Positions 26,427 to 36,550 of a stretch of DNA of 39,704 nucleotides are shown here, one piece after another; position 1 is the first letter of the stretch; every line of letters starts with the position of its first letter. Origin of the DNA: Escherichia phage vB_EcoP_PR_Kaz2018; the sequence record MN510331.1; one strand, 5' to 3'. The position numbers and the translations under genes are program-made. The notes under the pieces were generated by a model. That model had not been told where the DNA came from. It saw only the letters and a list, made by a program, of their open reading frames with translations, and made no database searches.

Positions 26427-28709
26427 ATGGCTAGTAATATTGAATCAGCTCTGGCTAATCGTACTATGGGTCGTGGCAGAGCGCCGGGTAAAGCTATCGC
26501 CGTAAACTATCAAGCAGCCAGCGTTCAGGCTCCGACTGGGGACTCCGGTCTGGCTCGTGCGTTAACCAACTTCGTTGAGTCCGGGACTGGATTGTACAAG
26601 CAGTTCAAGGACGAGGAGAAGACACGGGCCGACGAGCGGTCTAACGAGATTATCCGTAAGCTGACACCTCAGCAAAGACGTGAGGCTATCCAGAACGGTA
26701 CACTGCTGTATCAGGACGACCCTTACGCTATGGAAGCACTTCGAGTCAAGACAGGTCGTAACGCTGCCTTTGCGGTGGATGACGAGATTAACGTTAAGAT
26801 TCAGAACGGTGAGTTCCGTACACGTCAGGACATGGAAGAGTATCGCCACCAGCGACTTCAGGACGCCGCTAAGTCCTATGCTGAAGAGGCTGGTATCAAC
26901 CCTACCGACGAGTTCTTCCAGCGTGGGTTCAACGATAACATCACAGACCGCAACATCGCTATCTATGGGTCTTTCAATAAGTATTTCAGCAAGCAGTCTG
27001 AAGAGACAGCAATGTTGAACACCCGTATTGAGATGAACTCATTCCTGAACGATGGCGACCTGATGCGTGCACCTGAGTCTGGCAAGACATTCATGGCCTA
27101 CCTTCGTGACGGACTGACTACTGCTGCTATCCCCTCGGACCAGCGAGCGCGGGAGGTCATTACCCAGACGGTCCGTGACGCAATCCAGAAGTCAGGCGGC
27201 TCAAACTTCCTACAGCAAGTACGAGGCGAGCGAATCACCCTTAACGGCGTGGATGCTACAGTCGAAGAGATTGTAGGACCTGATGTCTTCAACGCTGCTA
27301 TTGTTGAGGCACAAGGAACTGAGTACAAGCTGGTGGCTAAGTATCAGGAAGACTTAGCGTTAGGCGTTCAGTCTGCGATTCTTCAGGACGACCCAACCAT
27401 CGGTCTTGCCCAGATTCAGAAACTCAAGGAGCAGAACAACCTGCTTCAACCGGGTGAAGAACTCACACCTCAGCGTCAGATGCTTATTAATGCCGAAGCC
27501 AGCTTACTGGAAGCGGTAAAGCGTAAGTCTGCTGAACAGGCGAAGGAGAACACGAAGTTAATCCAGACCCAGAACAAGCAACTGGTCATTGACCAAGTTT
27601 ATCAGCGACGTCTGGCTGGAGACAACGTGTCCACCAGCTATGAGGACCTTCCGGTCTCTGAAGCTACAGGAGAGTTCAAGCGTTCAGACATGAACAACTA
27701 TGCGTCTGCTAAGCTACAGCAGATTGACCAGATGGACATCCCTGAGGCTTCTAGGGACGCCCAGAAGGTTGCATTGTTAAGGGCTGACACTAACAACGGT
27801 CCGTTCCGTAATGCCTTCCAGACTCTTACTCAGGACGCTGCTGGTGAGTGGCAGGCTGCGGTCATCCGTGGACAGTACGACCCAGACAAGATGCAACGCT
27901 TCGAGTCTCTTCGTCGTGCCTACACTCAGGACCCTTCAAGTTTTGCTGCTCTGTATCCTGACCAAGCTCAGTTGTTCTCTACGTTCGACCAGATGGACAA
28001 GATGGGTCTGGACCCTCAGACGATGATTGAAGCTGATAAGCAAGCTGCAAGTCAAAGCCGTGAGATGCGCATTGAGTCAGACAAGGCGTGGCAGGAGTTG
28101 AAGAACGACTCTCGGAATAAGGACCTTTCGCGTCTTCCTACGTCTCTGGACGCAAGTGCTCGTAAGGTCTGGGACTCATGGTACTATCGTACAGGTAACG
28201 CTGACGCTGCAACTCAGCAGACTCAACGCTGGCTGAATGAGAACACCGTAACGTTCCAGTCTGAAGGTTCTGATGGTAAGTCAATCGGCATGGTGTCCAA
28301 GCACCAGCTTATGGTCGGGGATAACCCAGAGTCGTGGCAGGTTGGTCGAGACATTATCGACACCGCTCGTAAGCAGCTCATTAAGGCCAACCCTTGGGTA
28401 GTGAACTCTCAGTTGTCCGTTGTTGAACAGAACGGCTCTATCTTCCTCCAAGACGCTACAGGGACTATTCGTATTCGCTACGATAAAGAACTTGTAGGTA
28501 AACTCTACCGCGAACAACAGCAGAAGGCACAAGATGCCGCATACGCTCAGGCAGAACGTGACGCTAACAAGCGAGCGCGTATCGTCGGGACTAAAGCTGC
28601 TGGTGACAAACGTCGAGCTGACCGAGAGGCCAACATCGAGAAGCGCGGTGGGATGTACAATGACGTCTCACTGGAGGGTATCGCAAACGTACTAATTGGT
28701 AAGGAGTAA
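26427..28709 (+). CDS. 15: Internal virion protein B
   Basis: Size (760 aa), position and helical charged composition agree with T7 gp15. Confidence 0.92.
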   Translation: MASNIESALANRTMGRGRAPGKAIAVNYQAASVQAPTGDSGLARALTNFVESGTGLYKQFKDEEKTRADERSNEIIRKLTPQQRREAIQNGTLLYQDDPYAMEALRVKTGRNAAFAVDDEINVKIQNGEFRTRQDMEEYRHQRLQDAAKSYAEEAGINPTDEFFQRGFNDNITDRNIAIYGSFNKYFSKQSEETAMLNTRIEMNSFLNDGDLMRAPESGKTFMAYLRDGLTTAAIPSDQRAREVITQTVRDAIQKSGGSNFLQQVRGERITLNGVDATVEEIVGPDVFNAAIVEAQGTEYKLVAKYQEDLALGVQSAILQDDPTIGLAQIQKLKEQNNLLQPGEELTPQRQMLINAEASLLEAVKRKSAEQAKENTKLIQTQNKQLVIDQVYQRRLAGDNVSTSYEDLPVSEATGEFKRSDMNNYASAKLQQIDQMDIPEASRDAQKVALLRADTNNGPFRNAFQTLTQDAAGEWQAAVIRGQYDPDKMQRFESLRRAYTQDPSSFAALYPDQAQLFSTFDQMDKMGLDPQTMIEADKQAASQSREMRIESDKAWQELKNDSRNKDLSRLPTSLDASARKVWDSWYYRTGNADAATQQTQRWLNENTVTFQSEGSDGKSIGMVSKHQLMVGDNPESWQVGRDIIDTARKQLIKANPWVVNSQLSVVEQNGSIFLQDATGTIRIRYDKELVGKLYREQQQKAQDAAYAQAERDANKRARIVGTKAAGDKRRADREANIEKRGGMYNDVSLEGIANVLIGKE

Positions 28710-28713
28710 CATA

Positions 28714-31700
28714 ATGGCGACTCGTGGTATTCGCAATAACAATCCGGGTAACATCCGGGTAAGTAAGGACCAATGGGAAGGAATGACTGGAGATGATGGC
28801 GCATTCGTCACCTTCGATAGTCCAGAGTCTGGCGTCCGAGCTTTAGGTAAAAACCTGCTGTCCTACGGTCGCCAAGGTTATGACTCCATCGAGAAGATTA
28901 TCAACCGATGGGCACCTCCTAACGAGAACGAAACTAAGGCTTATATCGACTCAGTGGTGGCTGCAACTGGTATTCCAGCTACCCAGAGTCTCGACCTATC
29001 GGACCCTGACACCCTGTCTTCTCTGGCTCAAGCTATCAGCTTCCATGAGACAGGCTCCCGGTACGACCCTGAAGTCTATCAGAAGGGAGTCGCGCGAGCA
29101 CTCAATGGCATTAGCCCAAAGACTCCACCAGTAAGCGCTAACGTATTTGACGCACTCACGGAAGGACTCAAGGCTAAACCTAAAGTAGCTCTGGGCGAGA
29201 ACCTTCCGACCGCTGCTGGTCTAAACATTGAGGGTCAAGCACCTGAAGCTGCCAACGAATCGTTCGGTGAGATGTTCTATAAGTCTACTGGCGAGACCAT
29301 GCAGGAACGAGAGGATCGCTCTACGTGGTTCGGTTTCGGCTCGGCTACAGAAGCTGAAGTGAAGAACTCTATGGTCGGCGTGGCTATCCGCGCTGGTCAG
29401 ACCGAGGACTCACTTGATGTCATTGGCGATGTGTTCAACCCTGCCCGCTGGAACAACCATAAGTGGTCTCGTGAGGAGCTGGACCAGATTCGTAACGCTG
29501 GAGTTCTCCCTCAGTATTACGGTGTCATTACTGGTGGCTCTCCTCAGAACCTGACCGAGCTTATTAACTTGGCGCTTGAGAACCAGAAGTTGGACCAAGA
29601 GAAGGCCAAGGCTGGGACTGGTGCTCAGCTAGCGGCTGGTGTGATTGGTGCTGGTGTAGACCCACTGACCTACGTTCCTATCGCTGGACAGGTTGGCAAA
29701 GGTGCGAAGCTGGTCAACAAGATGTTCACCGTGGCTGCTCAATCTGGAGCACTTGCTGGTGTATCAGAGATGGCCCGTACCTCAGTGGCTGGTGGGGATG
29801 CTCATGTGGCTGAAGCTATCCTTGGTGGTGCTCTCTTTGGTGGTGGTATGACTGCCATCGCTGATGGGTTAGGCAGAGCCTTAGGCAAGTCCACTAATGA
29901 GTTTGCTGGCCCAGCTACACGTCTGGAAGCTCGTGAGACCGCTCGTAACGTTGATGGTCAGGACCTGTCTCGTCTTCCTATTCAGGAAGGTGAGCAGACC
30001 TTTAGTCATCAAGGCGTTAAGTTCGCTGACGTTCCTAATGAGCCGGGAAGTGTACGATTAGAAGATGGTTCAATCCTGATTGGTGAGAACCCTCTGAACC
30101 CTAAGACACGTCAAGTCTTCGACGAAGTGATTGAGCCAGAACGTGCCGCTGCTGGTGTGAACCTTGGTGGACTTACCGAGATTGGTCTGAAGCTGCTTCG
30201 GTCTGAGAACCCTGAGATTCGTGGAGTAGCTGCTGACTTAGTACGTTCACCGACTGGTATGCAGTCTGGGGCCTCAGGTAAAATAGGGACAACTGCGTCA
30301 GACGTGTTCGAGAGGCTTCGTGCTGTGGACCATCGGTTCTACAACGACATCGACGATGCGGTTACTGAGGCACTAAAGGACCCGTACTTCCAGACAGCAT
30401 TCTGGCGAGACTCTGGAGCATTCCGTCAGGACATCTACCAGCGCGTGTCTATGGCTATCGAAGATGGCAGCGGAAACCTGAAGGCTGAACTGACTCCGGG
30501 AGAACTTAAAGTCTATGACCTACTGAAGAACCAGTTTGACGCCAAGCGTGAGATGATGGAGAACCCAGCTATGTTTGGTCGGTCAGACGCTCAGTCTATC
30601 TTTCCGGGTAGCCGCTTCAAGGGAACCTACGTCCCTCATGTGTATAGCAAACAGATGAAGGAGCTGTACACCAAGGAGCTTGGGAGTCCAGAGGCGTTGC
30701 AGGAGGCCATCAAGAAGTCATGGTTGACCAGCTATGCGTCTCGACCTGAAGTCAAGAAACGCGTGGACGAGGCACTCTTAGAGTCTGACCCTACGTTGAC
30801 TCCAGAAGGACTTGCGGCTGCGGTCGATAAGTACGCCAACGATAAGGCTTACGGTATCTCCCACACCGAGCAGTTCGAACGTTCATCCGTAATGGAAGAG
30901 AATATCAACGGTCTGGTTGGTCTGGAGAACAACAGCTTCCTTGAGGCTCGTAACCTGTTCGATAGCGATATGTCAATCGTCCTACCTAGTGGTCAGACCT
31001 TCAGTGTCAACAACCTGCGTGAGTGGGACATGGACAAGATTGTCCCGGCATACAACCGTCGAGTTAATGGTGACATTGCTATTATGGCTGGTACAGGCAA
31101 GACAACGAAAGAAATGAAGGACTTGGTTGAGACCATGATGAACAAGGCTGGGGATGACGGTAAGTTGAAAGGTGAAGTATCTACCTTACGTGACACCTTG
31201 AAGATTCTAACTGGTCGTGCTCGACGTGATGGTGCTGATGATGCGGCCTTCGCTACCGTGATGCGCACAATGACAGACCTATCGTTCTTCGCCAAGAATG
31301 CCTACATGGGTGTTCAGAACTTAACGGAGATTGGTGGTATGCTGGCCCGTGGTAACGTTCGTGCAATGCTGCATGGAGTCCCAATTTTCAGTGACCTAGC
31401 CTTCCGTAACAAGAAAGTTGGGGCCTCAGAGATTAAGGACCTGCACAATGTTATCTTTGGTAAGGAGCTGGATGACTCAATCCGTCCGTCTAAACAGGAT
31501 GTCATTGACCGTCTGCGATCTTACAGTGACCTCGGTCGTGGTGCAGCTACAGCTCTGGGGACTGCCAAGTATTACACTGGCGAACTTGCAGTACGCTCTC
31601 CGTTCACTAAAGTCCTCAACGGTACGACCAACTACCTGTTAGATGCTGGACGTCAAGGCTTCCTGTCTGACATCGTGGAGCATAGCCTGACTGGTAGTAA

Positions 31701-32601
31701 GCGTAAGTTCGATGACCGCTGGCTGAAGACCGCTGGTATCTCTGACGAGCAGTGGAAGGGAATTAAGTCCCTCATCCGTGAATCAGTGACTCGTGGTCCA
31801 GACGGGAAGTATACCATCAAGGATAAGAAGGCGTTCAGTCAGGACCCAAGGGCTATGGACCTGTGGCGTATGGGTGATACCATCGCTGACGAAACGTTAC
31901 TCCGGCCCCACAAGCTGTCCAACATGGACGCCAAGGCTTATGGTCCTCTCGCTAAGACTGTCCTTCAGTTTAAGAACTTCGTCATCAAGTCCATCAATGG
32001 ACGTACCATGCGAACCTTCTATAACGCCACGAAGAACAACCGAGCGATGGACGCTGCTCTATCCACTGTGATCTCTATGGGTCTTGCTGGTATCTACTAC
32101 ATGGCTCAGGCGCACGTCAAGGCTTACGCTATGCAGGATGGTAGAGACCGTGATTACCTCAAGCAAGCTCTTGACCCGACGATGATTGGGTATGCGGCTC
32201 TGTCCCGTAGTTCACATCTGGGCGGTCCACTTGGGGTAGCTAACATTCTGGGTGGCATCGCTGGGTATGAGGACACTAAGATGCTCCGTTCGTCTATCCT
32301 ACCTCGTTCGCCTACAGAGAAGCCTGAACGTGCCATCGCGTATGGTGCAGCTACAAGTGACCCTGTGATGAATGTTGTTGGTAACTTCTTGGAGCAGGTT
32401 CCAGCTTTCGGATATGCTGCTAACGTTGGCGCTTCGGCTTACAACTTGGCTGGCTACCTCAAGGCTGATACTCGTGTCAACGAGCGTGACTACATGACCG
32501 GGATGTATAATACGTTCCGTGAACTGGTTCCGAACGACCCAATTACCCAGAAGCTGTTGCTTGGAACGTTTGAGGAGCAAGGTATCCACATCAAGGACTA
32601 A
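28714..32601 (+). CDS. 16: Internal virion protein C (ejection protein); N-terminal domain unlike the T7 transglycosylase
   Basis: From ~residue 250 colinear with T7 gp16 (ARWNNHKW, LRSPTGMQSGASGK, ENNSFLEARNLFDSD, YNRRVNGDIAIM, LSRSS.LG); start at ATG 28714 (AAGGAG 7 nt upstream) rather than track 28696. Confidence 0.95.
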   Translation: MATRGIRNNNPGNIRVSKDQWEGMTGDDGAFVTFDSPESGVRALGKNLLSYGRQGYDSIEKIINRWAPPNENETKAYIDSVVAATGIPATQSLDLSDPDTLSSLAQAISFHETGSRYDPEVYQKGVARALNGISPKTPPVSANVFDALTEGLKAKPKVALGENLPTAAGLNIEGQAPEAANESFGEMFYKSTGETMQEREDRSTWFGFGSATEAEVKNSMVGVAIRAGQTEDSLDVIGDVFNPARWNNHKWSREELDQIRNAGVLPQYYGVITGGSPQNLTELINLALENQKLDQEKAKAGTGAQLAAGVIGAGVDPLTYVPIAGQVGKGAKLVNKMFTVAAQSGALAGVSEMARTSVAGGDAHVAEAILGGALFGGGMTAIADGLGRALGKSTNEFAGPATRLEARETARNVDGQDLSRLPIQEGEQTFSHQGVKFADVPNEPGSVRLEDGSILIGENPLNPKTRQVFDEVIEPERAAAGVNLGGLTEIGLKLLRSENPEIRGVAADLVRSPTGMQSGASGKIGTTASDVFERLRAVDHRFYNDIDDAVTEALKDPYFQTAFWRDSGAFRQDIYQRVSMAIEDGSGNLKAELTPGELKVYDLLKNQFDAKREMMENPAMFGRSDAQSIFPGSRFKGTYVPHVYSKQMKELYTKELGSPEALQEAIKKSWLTSYASRPEVKKRVDEALLESDPTLTPEGLAAAVDKYANDKAYGISHTEQFERSSVMEENINGLVGLENNSFLEARNLFDSDMSIVLPSGQTFSVNNLREWDMDKIVPAYNRRVNGDIAIMAGTGKTTKEMKDLVETMMNKAGDDGKLKGEVSTLRDTLKILTGRARRDGADDAAFATVMRTMTDLSFFAKNAYMGVQNLTEIGGMLARGNVRAMLHGVPIFSDLAFRNKKVGASEIKDLHNVIFGKELDDSIRPSKQDVIDRLRSYSDLGRGAATALGTAKYYTGELAVRSPFTKVLNGTTNYLLDAGRQGFLSDIVEHSLTGSKRKFDDRWLKTAGISDEQWKGIKSLIRESVTRGPDGKYTIKDKKAFSQDPRAMDLWRMGDTIADETLLRPHKLSNMDAKAYGPLAKTVLQFKNFVIKSINGRTMRTFYNATKNNRAMDAALSTVISMGLAGIYYMAQAHVKAYAMQDGRDRDYLKQALDPTMIGYAALSRSSHLGGPLGVANILGGIAGYEDTKMLRSSILPRSPTEKPERAIAYGAATSDPVMNVVGNFLEQVPAFGYAANVGASAYNLAGYLKADTRVNERDYMTGMYNTFRELVPNDPITQKLLLGTFEEQGIHIKD

Positions 32602-32619
32602 ACTATCACTATAGGAAAC
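32597..32619 (+). promoter_or_regulatory. Phage-RNAP promoter for the tailspike gene
   Basis: ACTAAACTATCACTATA-GGAAAC, +1 G at 32614; the gene 16 stop TAA is inside the promoter. Confidence 0.8.
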
Positions 32620-32665
32620 GGGAGGCGCTATCATAGGTCTCCGTTTAATTCATAAAGGAGGCATA

Positions 32666-35600
32666 ATGTCCACGATTACACAATTCCCTTCAGGAAACAC
32701 TCAGTACAGGATTGAGTTCGACTACCTCGCCAGAACGTTTATTGTTGTTACGCTGGTGAATAGCTCTAACCCTACCCTGAACCGTGTACTGGAAGTTGGT
32801 CGAGATTACCGATTCCTTAATCCAACGATGATTGAGATGTTGGTTGACCAATCAGGTTTCGACATCGTTCGTATTCACCGTCAGACTGGAACTGACTTAG
32901 TGGTAGACTTCAGGAATGGCTCAGTGTTGACAGCTAGTGACCTGACCAATTCAGAGCTTCAGGCTATCCATATTGCAGAAGAAGGTCGAGACCAAACGGT
33001 TGACTTAGCGAAGGAATATGCCGATGCTGCTAGTAGCTCTGCTGGCAACGCTAAGGATAGCGAGGACGAAGCACGACGAATCGCTGAGAGTATCAGGGAA
33101 GCTGGTCTAATTGGCTATATTACCCGTCGCTCCTTCGAGAAAGGCTACAACGTTACAACATGGAGCGAGGTCCTGCTATGGGAAGAGGATGGTGATTATT
33201 ACCGCTGGGATGGTACGCTTCCAAAGAACGTTCCTGCTGGTTCAACTCCTGAAACTTCCGGTGGGATTGGATTAGGTGCGTGGGTTAGTGTTGGTGATGC
33301 TGCTTTAAGAAGTCAGATTTCAAATCCTGAAGGGGCAATACTCTACCCTGAATTACATAGAGCACGCTGGCTTGATGAAAAAGATGTTCGTGGTTGGGGT
33401 GCTAAAGGTGATGGTATCACTGATGATACAGCAGCGTTAACGAGCGCATTAAACGACATACCGGTTGGACAAAAGATTAATGGCAATGGGAAGACATATA
33501 AGGTCACATCCCTGCCTGACATTAGTCGCTTCATCAACACTCGTTTCGTTTATGAGCGCATTCCCGGACAACCTCTTTATTATGCCTCTGAGGAATTTGT
33601 TCAGGGTGAGTTGTTCAAAATAACGGACACCCCTTATTACAATGCGTGGCCTCAGGATAAAGCGTTCGTATATGATAATGTGATATATGCACCTTACATG
33701 GGTAGCGATCGTCATGGTGTTAGTCGTCTGCATGTATCATGGGTTAAGTCTGGTGATGATGGGCAAACATGGTCTACTCCAGAGTGGTTAACTGATCTGC
33801 ATCCAGATTACCCTACAGTGAACTATCACTGTATGAGTATGGGTGTATGTCGCAACCGTCTGTTTGCCATGATTGAAACACGTACTTTAGCCAAGAACGC
33901 ATTAACCAATTGTGCATTGTGGGATCGCCCCATGTCTCGTAGCCTGCATCTTACTGGTGGTATCACTAAAGCTGCAAATCAGCAATATGCAACAATACAT
34001 GTACCAGACCACGGACTATTCGTGGGTGATTTTGTTAACTTCTCTAATTCTGCGGTAACAGGTGTCTCCGGTGATATGACTGTTGCAGCCGTAATAGATA
34101 AGGACAACTTCACGGTTCTTACACCCAACCAGCAGACTTCAGATTTGAATAACGCTGGAAAGAATTGGCACATGGGTACTTCTTTCCATAAGTCTCCATG
34201 GCGTAAGACAGACCTTGGTCTAATCCCTCGTGTCACAGAGGTGCATAGCTTTGCTACTATTGATAACAATGGCTTTGTTATGGGTTATCATCAAGGCGAT
34301 GTAGCTCCACGCGAAGTTGGGCTTTTCTATTTCCCTGACGCTTTCAATAGCCCATCTAGTTATGTTCGTCGTCAGATACCATCTGAGTATGAACCAGATG
34401 CGTCAGAGCCATGCATCAAGTACTATGACGGTGTATTATACCTTATCACTCGTGGCACTCGTGGGGATAGGCTAGGTAGCTCTTTGCATCGTAGTAGAGA
34501 CATAGGTCAGACTTGGGAGTCACTGAGATTTCCACATAATGTTCATCATACTACATTACCTTTTGCTAAAGTAGGGGATGACCTTATTATGTTTGGTTCA
34601 GAACGTGCAGAAAATGAATGGGAAGCAGGTGCACCAGATGATCGTTACAAGGCATCTTATCCTCGCACCTTCTATGCACGCTTGAATGTAAACAATTGGA
34701 ATGCAGATGATATTGAATGGGTTAACATCACTGACCAGATTTATCAGGGCGGAATAGTTAACTCAGGTGTAGGTGTTGGTTCGGTAGTTGTGAAGGATAA
34801 TTACATCTACTACATGTTTGGTGGAGAGGACCATTTTAACCCATGGACCTATGGAGATAACTCAGCGAAGGACCCATTCAAAGCGGATGGTCATCCCTCA
34901 GATTTGTATTGCTACAAAATGAAGATTGGCCCAAGCAATCATGTTTCCCGTGATTTCAGGTATGGTGCTGTACCTAACAGAGCTGTTCCCGTGTTTTTTG
35001 ATACGAATGGGATTCGCACTGTTCCTGCGCCAATGGAATTTACAGGGGATTTGGGTTTAGGCCATGTGACCCTTAGAGCCAGCACCAGTAGTAACATTCG
35101 CTCTGAAGTTTTAATGGAAGGTGAATATGGGTTTATCGGGAAGTCTATACCGACTGATAACCCGGCAGGGCAGCGCACCATATTTTGCGGAGGTGAAGGC
35201 ACCAGTTCAACGACTGGCGCACAGATTACGCTTTATGGTGCAAATAACACCGACTCAAAGCGAATAGTTTACAATGGTGATGAGCATCTGTTCCAGACTG
35301 CTGACGTTAAGCCTTATCACGATAACGTCATTGCGCTTGGTGGACCAAGTAACCGTTTCACAACTGCATATCTCGGAAGCAACCCTATTGTTACTTCTAA
35401 TGGGGAGAAGAAAACAGAGCCGGTAGTTTTTGATGATGCTTTCCTCGATGCCTGGGGTGACGTTCACTACATCATGTATCAATGGTTAGATGCTGTTCAA
35501 CTGAAAGGCAATGATGCTCGTATTCACTTCGGGGTTATTGCTCAGCAAATTCGTGATGTATTCATTGCACACGGTCTGATGGATGAAAACAGTACGAATT

Positions 35601-35860
35601 GTCGTTATGCCGTTCTGTGTTATGACAAGTATCCACGGATGACCGATACGGTATTTTCGCACAATGAAATCATTGAACACACTGACGAGGAGGGTAATGT
35701 CACTACTACGGAAGAGCCTGTATTCACTGAGGTGGTTATCCATGAAGAGGGTGAGGAGTGGGGTGTTCGGCCTGACGGAATTTTCTTTGCTGAAGCCGCT
35801 TATCAGAGAAGAAAACTGGAAAGAATCGAAGCCAGACTTTCTGCTCTTGAACAGAAGTAA
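32666..35860 (+). CDS. 17: Tailspike: gp17-like adaptor + endosialidase + C-terminal chaperone domain (1064 aa)
   Basis: First ~140 aa match T7 gp17 (FDYLARTFIVVTL, LVVDFRNGSVLTASDL, IHIAEEGRD); two sialidase Asp-boxes SGDDGQTW and SRDIGQTW; C-terminal ~150 aa resembles self-cleaving chaperone domains. Confidence 0.95.
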   Translation: MSTITQFPSGNTQYRIEFDYLARTFIVVTLVNSSNPTLNRVLEVGRDYRFLNPTMIEMLVDQSGFDIVRIHRQTGTDLVVDFRNGSVLTASDLTNSELQAIHIAEEGRDQTVDLAKEYADAASSSAGNAKDSEDEARRIAESIREAGLIGYITRRSFEKGYNVTTWSEVLLWEEDGDYYRWDGTLPKNVPAGSTPETSGGIGLGAWVSVGDAALRSQISNPEGAILYPELHRARWLDEKDVRGWGAKGDGITDDTAALTSALNDIPVGQKINGNGKTYKVTSLPDISRFINTRFVYERIPGQPLYYASEEFVQGELFKITDTPYYNAWPQDKAFVYDNVIYAPYMGSDRHGVSRLHVSWVKSGDDGQTWSTPEWLTDLHPDYPTVNYHCMSMGVCRNRLFAMIETRTLAKNALTNCALWDRPMSRSLHLTGGITKAANQQYATIHVPDHGLFVGDFVNFSNSAVTGVSGDMTVAAVIDKDNFTVLTPNQQTSDLNNAGKNWHMGTSFHKSPWRKTDLGLIPRVTEVHSFATIDNNGFVMGYHQGDVAPREVGLFYFPDAFNSPSSYVRRQIPSEYEPDASEPCIKYYDGVLYLITRGTRGDRLGSSLHRSRDIGQTWESLRFPHNVHHTTLPFAKVGDDLIMFGSERAENEWEAGAPDDRYKASYPRTFYARLNVNNWNADDIEWVNITDQIYQGGIVNSGVGVGSVVVKDNYIYYMFGGEDHFNPWTYGDNSAKDPFKADGHPSDLYCYKMKIGPSNHVSRDFRYGAVPNRAVPVFFDTNGIRTVPAPMEFTGDLGLGHVTLRASTSSNIRSEVLMEGEYGFIGKSIPTDNPAGQRTIFCGGEGTSSTTGAQITLYGANNTDSKRIVYNGDEHLFQTADVKPYHDNVIALGGPSNRFTTAYLGSNPIVTSNGEKKTEPVVFDDAFLDAWGDVHYIMYQWLDAVQLKGNDARIHFGVIAQQIRDVFIAHGLMDENSTNCRYAVLCYDKYPRMTDTVFSHNEIIEHTDEEGNVTTTEEPVFTEVVIHEEGEEWGVRPDGIFFAEAAYQRRKLERIEARLSALEQK

Positions 35861-35993
35861 TAAACAAAACCCTTTTGCCATTAAGTTGGTGGGGTAGATG
35901 TTAGAAGGTTGTGGAGGTAGAGGCTAACTACACGCTAGACAACATAGGTAACAACTTTGGGTCACGGACGACCCGCTTTAAACTGGAGGTTTT

Positions 35994-36188
35994 ATGATTG
36001 AGTTAGACTTCAAGAATGAGGTCCTTAAAGCCTCTCCTATCGTCGGGACCGCTGCGGCTGATGGTGCCAGTCGGTTCTTCTTCGGACTTACACTGAACGA
36101 ATGGTTCTATGTTGCAGCTATCGCGTACACCGTTGTCCAGATTGGTGTGCTAGTCTACAAAACGATTAAAGGAGGTGGTAAAACATGA
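35994..36188 (+). CDS. 17.5: Holin (class II)
   Basis: MIELDFKNEVLKASPIVGT...FFGLTLNEWFYVAAIAYTVVQIG matches T7 gp17.5. Confidence 0.85.
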   Translation: MIELDFKNEVLKASPIVGTAAADGASRFFFGLTLNEWFYVAAIAYTVVQIGVLVYKTIKGGGKT

Positions 36189-36448
36189 CGCAGATGGACT
36201 TAGAGAAGTTCCTCTTGATGCTTGATACTGAGCGTGCTCGACTTATGCTGCAAGACTTGCGGGATGACACTAAGCGTTCACCTCAGCTCTACAACGCCAT
36301 TGAGAAGCTGCTTGCTCGTCACAACTTTGTGTTAAGCAAGGTGTCTGTTGACGAGAAGACGCTGGCTGATATGGAGGCCCTGAACGCAGAGTACGATAAG
36401 GTGCTCTCAGCTACGGAAGATAATGACACCGGGTATGGTGTTCAATAA
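36185..36448 (+). CDS. 18: Terminase small subunit
   Basis: LLMLDTERARLMLQDL.D..RSPQLYNAIEKLLARH matches T7 gp18; position before Rz and terminase large. Confidence 0.9.
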   Translation: MTQMDLEKFLLMLDTERARLMLQDLRDDTKRSPQLYNAIEKLLARHNFVLSKVSVDEKTLADMEALNAEYDKVLSATEDNDTGYGVQ

Positions 36449-36452
36449 GTGT

Positions 36453-36496
36453 TAGACTCAAGGTCATTACTATATGTAGTGGCCTTTATGGTTAAC
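36453..36496 (+). promoter_or_regulatory. Late-type hairpin element, copy 3; putative RNase III site (T7 R18.5 position)
   Basis: TAGACTCAAGGTCAT ... GTGGCCTTTATGGTTAAC; stem 36460..36467 with 36479..36486. Confidence 0.5.
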
Positions 36497-36550
36497 ACTA
36501 ACTAGTGGAGGCGACTCTACGTGAAAATCTGATAAACCGGGAGGGCAACT

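Noticed and set aside
33812-33835. Promoter-like sequence CCTACAGTGAACTATCACTGTATG inside the tailspike gene
   Set aside because: Matches the promoter core only to -1 and lacks the GG start dinucleotide; most likely chance similarity within coding sequence
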